Positions 1-11,100 of a stretch of DNA of 64,000 nucleotides are shown here, in pieces; the first letter of the stretch is position 1, and every line of letters begins with the position of its first letter. The DNA is from Hemiscyllium ocellatum (lineage: Eukaryota): contig NC_083445.1 of the NCBI RefSeq assembly GCF_020745735.1, positions 30,566,947-30,630,946 on the forward strand. The letters are read 5' to 3'. The notes below the pieces were generated by a model. That model made no database searches. It was not told the origin of the DNA and saw nothing but the letters and a program-made list of their open reading frames with translations. Made by a program: the position numbers and the translations under genes.

Positions 1-1887
1 TATTTTCTCCACACATTTTATATGCAACACTATTTATCTACTGTCTGTATAGATTGCGAGGGATTAGTTACGCGCTTAAGTCTTCTTGGGATTTAGTTCT
101 AGTTGTATGAATCAGAAACCCTCAGTCCCTCCCAATCCCTGACACATTGACAGTTACAAACCAACACTATTGACCCATTTCTTCCAGCTTCCCCCACCCA
201 ATGTGAATGGACAATGTACAGCAAACTGATGGTGCAGCGTAGTGTATGAGTAGGGCACAATAAAGATCTGAATTGCTTCTCAGGAGATATGTTATGGAGC
301 ATACTCTTCACTCAGTTTCACCTTTGACCTCAACAAATTTGCAATGTGGATAAATCCACGTGCAACAACAAAGGATTGGAAACACACCTTGGTAACACTG
401 TGGCCCATGACCAGAGATGGCTTTGTCCTGGAATCCAAGGGTGGAAAATATTATTTTCCGACAGGGTATAATTGTTTCTGATTCGGTTTGATGAAGCTTC
501 TGGATCCCCTTCCTTCAGGAATAATAGTCGACCAAGATGAGCAGTAGAGGCCGTTCAAAATGAAAACTCAGGGGCAAGCTAGTCCCACAGCCTTGTGCGT
601 ACAGAAGGAAGCAGAAGGCATTATTTTCCTTGCCATACATGAGTACCACAGTCGGGTTGGAGACCACATCCTTCAGGGACCAGGAGATACCGAACACCAT
701 ACAGAATACTGATCCGAGACTTGGTAAAGCCAATGTCTCCCTTGTGAAGATTCTGGAACATATCTTGAGAGAGAGCGAGTGAGACAACCAACCTCTCACC
801 AAAGATTGAGGCTCACAGATACTGCTGATGTGATGGTTCTGTTTAAAGTACTGCAGGGTTACTGGGGATGGATTCCAGCCAGGCATCAGACCGAATCTGT
901 GAATCTGTGGAACTGAGCTTCATGGAGTTCCTACACCTTCCTCTCTATGGCTGGGAAAGATTGTTTAAGATATTATATATGTAGGAAATTGAAGTCCATC
1001 CTTGATAAGCCCAGCAAATTGTGGACCTTTAAAATTGATAGCTTGTCCCTTTCACATCGGTATCCATTGTTACTGTGCTTTGTAGGAGCATCTACCCCCA
1101 TGGACTGCAGTGAGTTCAAGATGAAGGATCATCATCTTCTCAATGGGAATTGGTGATGGGGATTAAAGCCCAGCTATACCCAACTATTCCCAAATGGAAT
1201 GAATGAATTCCCAAATAATTGGTGTTGACTACAGATCTGTATAATTGGTCGTTTCCCCTTTGATGCAAAATCATCCCAAATAAATCCATTATTCTTGCTC
1301 TATCCTATCCATTCCCTTCCATGTATAGTCCCCATCTCCATTCTGTCAATCCCAAATGGTGTTGTTTGGAAAGGATTGAGCAGATTACTGGATCAGTCAT
1401 TCACCGTAGGCTAAGACTAAACAAATGTCAGCTTTCTCTCATCAATCAACATTGTTCATAATTCCAAGATCATCCTAAAATGTAAATACAACCCATGGCA
1501 TCATAAATGTAAAACACTGCAGATGCTGGAAATCTGAAAAAACAAACAAACAGATTACTGGAGAAACTCTATAACTGTCAAGAGAAAAACAAAGTTAATA
1601 TTTTGAGTCTGGCGTGTACTTTGTATGAGTGCACAGATATTGCCAGACCTGCTGAGGATAGAGTAAACCATTCCTGACATAGAGTATAAGAACAGGAAGG
1701 TAATATTGGGGTGGTACAGAGCATTAGTTAGGCCACAGTTGGAGTACTGTGTACAGTTCTGGTCACCTCACTACAGGAAGGATGTGATAGCACGGTAAGG
1801 GGTACAGAGGGGTTTGTCCAGGGTGTTGCCTGGGATGTGGAAATTGAGCTACACCGAGAGACTAGATAGGCCTGCGTTGTGTTCTTT

Positions 1888-2411
1888 ATTAGCCTGATAT
1901 GGAGGTACTGGTGTTGGACTGGGGTGGACAAAGTCAAAAATCATACAACACCGGGTTATCGTTCAACAGGTTTATTTGAGACCACAAACACTCACAGTGC
2001 TGCTCCTCCTTCAGACAGCTAGTGAGAGAGAATATATTGGACACAGAATTTATAAGGAAAAGAATAAAGGGTGATACAACCCATGTCACTGTATTGAACC
2101 CTCGCAGGTGGCTGATAAACCTTTAATCAGTTAGAATGGAGATACAGGGTTTGATTGAACATGTCAATCTCAGAATTTCCTGCAAGTAACTGCCCTGAGA
2201 TATCTTTAGGTGTTATCAGTGTAAAGGAAGTGACATCTCAGGTCAGACAATTCCGATCAGGCGTGAGGTCTCTTCTGAAGTCTGTCTGTGTCTTAACCTG
2301 GAATCAGAGTGTTTATGTTTCCAAAGTTGGAATTTATAAAATGTGACATTAACTGACTGTCACAGATTGTGACTCCTTTTTGAACAAAGCAAAATGTACC
2401 TGCTGATACGA

Positions 2412-2496
<85 letters not shown>

Positions 2497-2700
2497 ATTG
2501 CAGAATTAAAGAATTAACAACCATCTAGGTGTGTTCAATATATTCACATCAATTGTGTGACTGTTTGATATTTTCCTTATAAATTCCATGTCTGAAGTAT
2601 TCTCTCTCACAAGCTGCCCAAGGATGGAGCAGGGCTCTGAAAGTTTGTGGTTTCAAATAAACCTGTTGGACTATAAACTGGAATCGTGTGCTTCTGGGTG
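1888..2700. mobile_element. Non-autonomous element with about 85-bp inverted termini, interrupting a CR1
   Basis: 1930-2012 and about 2612-2697 are reverse-complement homologues (CAAATAAACCTGTTG). CR1 sequence stops at about 1887 and resumes at about 2701. Confidence 0.6.
2414..2496 (+). repeat. Compound (TG)n(GA)n microsatellite
   Basis: Directly visible. Confidence 0.97.
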
Positions 2701-4121
2701 GGTTCTTTGGAGCAGAGAAGACTGAGGGTGGACATGATTGAGGTGTATAAGATAATCAGGGATATGGACAGGGAGAATAGAGATGAAGCAAACAAGCTGT
2801 AGCAGAGAGTATAAGAGCAAGGAGGTATTGCTGGGTTGTACAGAGCATTGGTTAGGCCTCAGCTGGAGTACTGTGTACAGTTCTGGTCACCTCACTACAG
2901 GAAGGTTGTGATAGCGCTGGAAGCAGTATAGAGGAGACTGTCCAAGGTGTTGCCTGGGATGGAGAAATTGAGACAAGATAGGCATTCAATGTGTTATTTA
3001 AAACAAAGAAGGCTGAGGGGTACATGTTTGAGGTGTTTAAGGTGATCAGTAACATGGATCGGGTGAATTGAAAGCACCTGTTCTCCTTGGTTGAGGGATT
3101 AATTATGAGGGGGAATAGTTTTCGGGGAAAGGACTGAAAATTCAGAGGGAATGTGAGAGAAAATTATTCTCACTCAGTGAGACAGACTACCTTGGATGGT
3201 AGTGGAAGCTGGAAACCTTATAATTATTCGAAAGTATTTGGATGAATACTTCAGATCTCATAAACTTCAAGGGTATGGGACAAGTGCAGGAAATTGGAAT
3301 GAGTGGCTGTTTACTGGGAGTTATGTTGTTCCAGACTCAATGGGTTTAAGAGCCTTTACTGTGTTTTAAGAATCTGAATCTACAAGATTTTAAAAGACAG
3401 TGTAATAAAAATAAATAAATGCAAAACCCTGTGGATGACGATCACCTGAAATAAGAAAAAAACAAGAACGTTTTGGGTGAGCTCAGCATCAGAGGAAGGA
3501 GAAATAGTGTGAAAGATTTGAGTCAGTTTGGTCGTTTCTTCCCATTCTACCCCCCACGAGTATCCATGTGTGCAGATCGATCCAGATCAAGTCACTGTTT
3601 GATGTTAAAATTCTCCCCTTTCTTTCCAAATCTCTACATGTTCCTGGTTGTCTCTGTAATCCCACCCCCACCACTGGCCCAGCTCCACCACCCTGTCTGA
3701 TAGTTACACTGATCAATTCAGGCCATGCCCAATGTGAATGATTGCACCATTAATTGACATGACTTCAGATACCTTGTCTGGACTCTCTGAATCCACCTCG
3801 TATTCTCCATCTCATATTTCCCCTTGAGCAACCCTCCTCCTCCGAACCTGCAGGCTTGACCAACTATCTCATATGTGGCTCAATGTCACAGCGTGTTTTA
3901 CAGTGTCTCGGTGAAGAACATTGCTTTATTACTTTTAAGGCACGGGGTAGGAAAAAGACGATCACTAAGGAGTGTTTTAAGGACAGATTCATTCTGTTCA
4001 GCCCTGATGATTCTTCTGGAGTTTCCTGCTTCTCTTAATAGAGGAGTCATTTCAGTTAACATGCTGCAGTGTTGGGTCAGCCATCTGCACTGACATCAAC
4101 ACGACCAATATCTCCATCGAG

Positions 4122-5880
4122 ATGAAAGGAATAGACAAGAGTTTTCCAAAGGAATCCCAGATATTTCATGACCTTGTGAGACTTGAAGAGACTTATTATC
4201 CTGTACTTGCTGCCTTTGGCGTACTAGGCAAGCATTGATCCACAGGTAGTAATCCTCTCATCCAGGTTTCACTGGATTGCTTTCCTCATCTCATTCAGTA
4301 AGGCAATGCAGTCGGATTCGGGATAACCCGAAGTTTATGGAGGTTGGAACGGATCCCATTGGCATGCAAGGAAATGTGGAACATTGGATTTGCAATTGAC
4401 TTAGTGGCAGGAGCAGAGGTTGATGACTGACGGGTGTTTCTCTGACGGGAAGCTTGTGATCAGTGGGCTCCCACAGGAACCTTTTCCAAAAGCAAGTTCC
4501 CAATGATTTTCAATCCATTTCAAACAAACATCCCATAACCAACATATTCAATGACCCCTACCACCCGGTTATACTCTCTTCCATCCTCTTCTGTCAGATA
4601 TAAAAGTTTGAATACATGTACAAACAGATTCAGGAACAGGTTCTCTCCTGTTGTTCGAAGACTTTTGAATGAAGCTCTCAAATGTAAATGTTGATCTCTC
4701 TCTTAACCGTCTGTTTAACATTGTGTCCTGTACTCTATTCTGCTCTCCTGATGCACTTTGTAAGGTACAATCTATCTGTAGAGCACACAAAACAACATTT
4801 TTCACTGTATGTCAGTACATGTGACAACAATAAATCAAATCAAATAGTACCATGTCTGAATGTTGCAACTTATTATCTCATCACCAGATACACTCAGTCC
4901 AAGAAAGAGTGCTGCTCTCAACATTATTTATTACTTTCTTCCGTATTTTCCTTCCTTACAGTCAACATCATTGTGATGGTGATATTGTCTATGGGAAAGT
5001 GCGGTGTGTCTAAGTGTATCACTAGTTACGTGGTGGCCATGACAGCATCGCATCTACTGGTCATCATCATAGATCTGATATTACAGCATATTCCAATTAC
5101 TTGTATGATCTATTTCTACCCCTTCTTTACACCCGCCCCCCACCCGCCCCCCCCCCCCACCCCCATGTTTAATATCCAAGCTGTCTTGTTATATGCAATC
5201 ACAGACTGATCTGTCTGGTTCACTGTCATGCTCACCTTTGATCAATATGTAGCCATTTGTTGTCAGAAGCTGAAAAATAAACAATGCACTGAGAAAACAG
5301 CAGCTGTCTTTCTAGAAACATGGACAGTGCTGAGCTGTATAAAATAAATCTGGTGTTTTATGTTCATAGGTCACTACTCTACTGGTAATGTTCCTTGGAT
5401 TTGTCATACAAGAAGGAATGTTTGACTCTCAGCAATATAGTCAGCAATTGAACTCATTTATTATATTTTAACTCCAGGCTTCCCATCTTTTCCTGTTCAA
5501 TGCTTTAACTGTCAGATATATTTTCGTAACTAATAGACCTCACCAGAGAATCTGCGGACAAAGCAATGGGAAATGTTCTGGTGACTGGAGAGAATGAGAG
5601 CCAAAGGAAATCCATCATTTTACTGTTTGTAATCTCAGGGAATTTGATCCTGCTGTGATCCATCTACCTGCTGTATTATATATGGAACAAAATACAACTT
5701 TCAGTCGGTACATCTGTATGGATACCTCGCTTTGTACAAGAAATAGGACTCATTCCTCAACTCCCAAACTGCTGCACAAACACTTGCATTTATTCCGTGA
5801 CCCAAACTAAGTCCAGGCAACAATTAAAGAGTATGCTGCAATATCCCTTTATTACAGTTGTGTGTAAAATTAACCAAATG
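4122..5880 (+). pseudogene. GPR139-like class A GPCR pseudogene (two exons)
   Basis: Exon 1 at 4122-4227 (MKGIDK...LEETYYPVLAAFGVL, donor G|GCAAGC). Exon 2 from 4962 (VNIIVMVILSMGKCGVSKCITSYVVAM...ITD*SVWFTVMLTFDQYVAICCQKLK...NCCTNTCIYSVTQ). In-frame TGA at 5207-5209, a DRY-to-DQY change, and later stops or frameshifts. Confidence 0.8.
4520..4850 (+). mobile_element. LINE 3' end (Rex1/L2-like) in the GPCR pseudogene intron
   Basis: Ends TTTTCACTGTA...GTACATGTGACAA...AAATCAAATCAAA. A related copy lies at about 53200-53510. Confidence 0.55.
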
Positions 5881-6603
5881 ATGTCAACGGAACTGAACGG
5901 AGAACGGAACCATTTCCCGCAACATACTTTAATCTAACATGAACTCAACCAAATCCAAACCCAAGTGATTGCACCCAAAAAGTTAACCCTATTTGTTTCT
6001 CCACAGATGCTGCCAGACCTGTCTCCAACATTTTCTATTTTTATTTTAAAATATAAAGATATCATCAGAATTTCAGAGGACCCAAACTCATTAGATCCAA
6101 GGGATAATGCTTTGCACCAAGCAATATGTTATTTTGTGTCCGTCAGACAGAGCCATTCAATCTGTCTTTGTGCTTTTTAGAGGATGTAACAGAATAAACA
6201 ATGATGCCAGCAATCTGTAGTAATGGTCTTAGCATGGGTGGGATGAGGCCAAAGATAATATTTTACAATGGGAGCATTCAAATAACGACTAGTCAATGAT
6301 CGAGATAAATCCGTCTCATCAGGCTTCACTCTATAACAAAAATTTAAGGAAACAACGACAAGTTTGGAAATTACACACCACATTATTCCATGGGATGATC
6401 CCTGGACCGTATGCAGGGAGTAGGGATCAATGTGCTTCTTCGCTCTGTGCATGGGTAATGCTGCTGTGTTTTGACATCAGTGCTCAGGAATGTGAGAGGG
6501 TCACCCCTTGGTTATATATTTAAACCAAACTCTTTCACCATTAAATACGATTGTGTGGAAACATTTCAGAAGCCGAGAGTTCAGGAGTTAAAGATTCCAT
6601 TGA

Positions 6604-6853
6604 CTGCGATTTAATTCCAGCTGAAAATGTGTTGCTGGTTAAAGCACAGCAGGTTAGGCAGCATCCAAGGAACAGGAAATTCGACGTTTCGGGCATAAGC
6701 CCTTCATCCTGATGAAGGGCTTATGCCCGAAACGTCGAATTTCCTGTTCCTTGGATGCTGCCTGACCTGCTGTGCTTTAACCAGCAACACATTTTCAGCT
6801 GTGATCTCCTGCATCTGCAGACCTCATTTTTTACCCTGCGACTTAATTCCAGC
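6604..6853. mobile_element. Short Penelope-related hairpin element with 18-bp TSD
   Basis: 91-bp inverted arms at 6618-6708 and 6711-6801 (1 mismatch). TSD CTGCGA(T/C)TTAATTCCAGC at 6604-6621 and 6836-6853. Confidence 0.85.
6705..6740 (+). ncRNA. Minimal type I hammerhead-ribozyme-like motif
   Basis: CUGAUGA-A-GGGC-UUAU-GCCC-GAA-ACGU-C at 6709-6736. It has the conserved core, a 4-bp stem II and a palindromic ACGU stem III, as described for Penelope-associated hammerheads. Activity is untested. Confidence 0.6.
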
Positions 6854-7070
6854 AAAGTAAGATATTAGGAGAGGTAGGTCAGTTGTTTTTTATATTTTGT
6901 TCATTGTAAGTACTGCCCAAGGCTATATGGGACATTAGATCATGAGTTTAAATAATTAGCTTATTGTCTAAGGACAGCTATCTTCATGAGTGCAGGATAT
7001 TTCATTGAGCTGTAGTGATATAATAAGGGAATATATTGAGGATTGCATAAAATTATTGATGCTTGGAGAT

Positions 7071-7265
7071 AGTGAGGACTGAAGAGGCTGGAAATTCAGA
7101 GTCGATAAATTGTGGAGCTGGAAAAAGCACAGCAGGTCAGGGAGCATCAGAGGAGCAGGAGAGTCGACGTTTCAGGCAGGACCCTTCATCAGGACTGAGG
7201 AAGGGGGAAGGGGGAATAAGACATAAATGGAGGGAGGGGGTTGGAGCTGGGGGAAAGGTCGGTGG
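7071..7265 (-). mobile_element. Penelope-related terminal repeat with hammerhead-like core
   Basis: Minus strand CTGATGAAGGGTCCTGCCTGAAACGTC at 7192-7166, in the same repeat context as 6618-6801. Confidence 0.7.
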
Positions 7266-8189
7266 GATGGTTATAGCTACAGTACAGAAATCGGCCATTT
7301 GGCTCATCATGTTTGTGTCAGCTCTCTCTCAGAGCAATCCACCCAGTCTTATCTTTTCTCGTTGCCTCCGAATCATTTTCTCTTCAGATAGTGATCCGAT
7401 TCTCTTCAGAAACCAGGATTGATTTTGGCTCCAACACACTCTCAGGCTATGAAATGAAGACATTTACCACTCAATACAGGATATTAATTCCTTCCTGACA
7501 CTATTGCTGTTTTGAATCAATAAAATGAAACCAGTGTATTTCGATCTCAATGGAAATTGGTTCTCCGTATCCACCCTGCTGTTAATGAGGGACAAGGGCT
7601 TCAAGGAGCAGTTTGTCAATGTCTCAATTTCCTTCCTTGCGAGTCTGGTCAGTTGTGTCTGGGGTCAGTCTCCCTCAGCTGGCAGCATGAGGGGGAAAGC
7701 CCTGTTGTACCCAACTGCTTGTGTTCAGGCAACAATCTCTGAGGGTCAGGGAGGGAAATGCAGTGCTGTAACCTGACCACTCAAAACAAAGCTCTGTGAA
7801 ACAACATCCTGTTCTTTTCCTGCTGCCTGGATTCTCCCAATATCACAGAGAAGGTTTGCTTTAACATATTCTCCAGTTGTGCTGCAGGCATCACTATCGA
7901 TCTGAGATACCTATCCTGCCTTTCACGTAACGTGCTGACCCAAATAGAAGGAAACTAGTTCAGATCAAGAGGCCAGATTTTGTAATAAAGTCAGCTGCAC
8001 AGAGAAAGGCCCTTCAGCCCATCAAGTCCTCCTAACCACTATCTAACTATTCTAACCACATTTTTCAGTACTTGCCCCATATCCCTGAATGCATTGGCAT
8101 CACAAGTGCACATCTAAATCCTTGTTCAACGCGTTGACGGTTTCTACTCCTAACAAGTAGTGAATTCCACCTTTCCATCACCCTGTTCA

Positions 8190-11100
8190 ACAACAGAAGA
8201 TGTACTGCTTCTTCAACAACAAACCAATGAGATGACCCAATTTTTTGGCATATAAAAGCAAGCATTTCAGAGAGTTATCCAGAGAAAGAGCGCCACTTGC
8301 CATTGTCAGACAGACTGCCCGAAAAGCCTCTCTCTGAAAGTTACCTTTCTCATATGAAACACCTTTGCAGCAGAAGACCGAAGATGACACAGGAAGATCT
8401 ACAAACAGAGGAGGACAACACTGGAGATGATAGCCATTGTCTGGTTTTGAAAATTGACTTGCTGTAAATTAATAAACGCTTTATCAGATCAGTACATTGT
8501 TATAGATTGGGAGGTAGATAACAATTCTTTAAGACAAATGAGGCTTGGAGTTGTAAATGGTTGTTGTCAAATGGTCACGTTTGGAGTGAAAGAATAAAAC
8601 TGTTATGTTTTCCTTTAGATAGTGGTATTTGGGAGTTTTCTGCCACTCATACTTGAACAGAATATGAAGCAAGGTGAGCTTTTCTGTGTGTTTGGTTTAA
8701 TTAGCAGAACGGGTTATCACTGTCGTAATAGTTTGGGTGCTCACCCGAGATTTGAAGAGGTTTAAACTGATCCAATCTGAGATTTGGACAAATGAGAACA
8801 CATTTGTGGTACAAAACATCCCAGCAGATTCAAACGCTTGCCGATTATTTTCCTACATCTATAAATAAAGCATAAATGAGACAATTTGCTTAATTTTGGT
8901 TACTTGTAGTTGGTTCAATTAAAAGTGAAAGAAATTCCTCTTAACATTGGTAAAGAGGTTCCAGAGATTAAAGATGATTCCAGGATTTGCCAGGAACATT
9001 AAGAAGGAAGGAAAGTAACCTTACTTTTAGAATTAGCAAAGAGGTTAGAGTTGGGTTTAACTAAGGACAAAAGTAAGGCTGAAAGTATACGGGAGTTCCT
9101 CAAATATTTGGTTGTATTAGAGAAACAGACACAAACAGCAGAGTTAGAAAAAAACTAAAATTCCATTTGAAGAAAAAGGAGTTAGAAAATACACAAAAAG
9201 ACGGAGAAGAAAAAGAAAGGCAGAGAGAAGGAAGAGAAAGGGAGAGAGAAATAGGGAAAGAAGAAAGGGAGCGAATAAAAGAGAGAAAATTTGAACTTAG
9301 TCAGCAAATTCAAGTTAACAGGATGGAGATGAAGATAGAAGGCAGTGATATGTACAAATATGTTAAAACATTGCCACATTCTGATGAGAAATATGTCGAA
9401 GCCTTCTTTATTTCATTTGAAAAATTAACTAGGCAGATGGAGAGGTCGGAAGACTTGTGAGTAATGCTAGTTCAGACTAAACTGGGAGGCAGAGCTCATC
9501 AGTAAATTGCAGCGCTGTCAGATGAGGGTTAAAGAGTTTATGAAGATGTAAAACAGGCTATTTTGAGTGCTTATGAATTGGTACCATAAGCATACAGACA
9601 GCGTTGCAGAAACATAAAGAAGGAACCAGGTTGGACTGATGTTCAGTTCGAAAGAATTGAAAATAGTAATTTTGATAGATGGTGTGTGTCTTAAAAAAAT
9701 AGATAAGACCTATGTGGATCTTAGAGAGATTATTCTGAGTAGAGGAGATTACAAAAAAACTCACTTCCAGAGATGATAAGAATTCATGTGGATGAACAGA
9801 AAGTCCAGGATGTGAGAAGAGCAGCAGAGATGACAGATGAATATACTCTGGTGCATAAGGCAAAGTTTAGTTCCTGGCAAGAATTTCATCCTGTGAGGGA
9901 TAGATGTTGGAGAAGGGGAGGTCCTACGCTGTGAAACGAAGAGTAGAGAACACTGGTAAGTGTTTACCACAGATTACGTTGGAAGCCCAAGAGGGTGGAA
10001 AGGAGGTGAAAGGCCTCAGGGGTTTCAACCGTGGTAAAGTGGGACACGTAAAGTCACAGCGCTGGTCGTTAAAAAAAGGTACTGTGGGAAAAGATGTGGT
10101 AAAAGAGCCTAAGACCGTGGCATTAGTGAGGGTAGTAAAGGAAACCCCAAGTAATGCTGAGGAGTTGCAGTAAAGGGCACAGCCTAGGCAGGGGCTGGGT
10201 ATGGACTTAGTGCCTGATCTCTAGAAAGAATTTGCCTCTGTGGGTAAAGTTTACTCAGGAACCACAGGGGCAGAAGGAAAAGAAGTTACAATATTGAGAG
10301 ATACAAGATGAAACCCGTATCTAATTGTAATAGATGAACACATTTGCACTGTTTCTAACCTGTTAGCAGTGAGTGTGGAAATTGGTTGGATAGATGGACA
10401 GAACTTTAACATTCCCTGATGTAATATCAGGTTAGAGTGCTGACTCAGTACTGGGGAAATAGAAGAGGGAGTGGTTGGCAGAGTGTCAGTTCCAGGAATT
10501 CAATTTGTTCTTGGGAGCAATTTATCAGGAACCAAGGTGGGAGTGACATCTCTTGTTTTGGAAAAGCCCAAGTAAGGCTGGAGTTAAAGAAGAATACCCT
10601 GGTATTTTCCCAGATTGTGTGGTAACAATATCCCGCTATCATAAGTCACAGGACGAAGCAAAAACTGAAGATAAAAATGAATGATTTGAAGTTCATTCAG
10701 TAGAGGCCCTGTTTGACATAATGGTGCAGGAAATAACCTGCACAGACAGAGAGTCAGACAGAACTGGTTAGTTCTGGGTCCTCAAAGGCTTATGGCCTTA
10801 CGACAGAAAGACGAGACAATAAAAGACATCTATGTTGGTGCCTACTCAGAAAATGAGACAGAGAATATTCCTGAGGTTTATTATCTCAAAGATAGAATTT
10901 GAAGATGAAAATGAAGACCACGGCAGGTTAGTGCAGAGGAGAAATTGGCTGAAGTGCACCAGATTGTGTTGCCAGTACAGACGGGGCGTGTTACAGGTAG
11001 CAAATGAACTACCTGCAGGAATTCACCTAGGTGTAAGGAAAACACAGGCTAATGTACAAAAGCATTTCTATTGGCCTGTAATTTTCAAGGACATGGTTAA

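Larger units (their letters stand above)
1655..3330 (+). mobile_element. CR1 3' fragments (interrupted and partly duplicated)
   Basis: [21 protein letters not shown]-like coding remnants at about 1730-1800 and about 2850-2910. Confidence 0.75.

Noticed and set aside
1-1450. Non-repetitive-looking stretch with several short ORFs (for example 515-886 minus)
   Set aside because: No recognisable domain, splice pattern or repeat signature in any frame I translated. It could be a very old retroelement; left unassigned.
6618-6801. Long palindromes as CRISPR repeats or MITE/DNA-transposon TIRs
   Set aside because: Vertebrate DNA with no repeat-spacer periodicity. The 12-18-bp variable TSDs and the shared terminus with a GIY-YIG element point to Penelope retrotransposition.
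9167-9460. Charged, coiled-coil-like ORF (KEERERIKERK)
   Set aside because: Gag linker region of Gmr1 copy A, flanked by stops; not a host gene.
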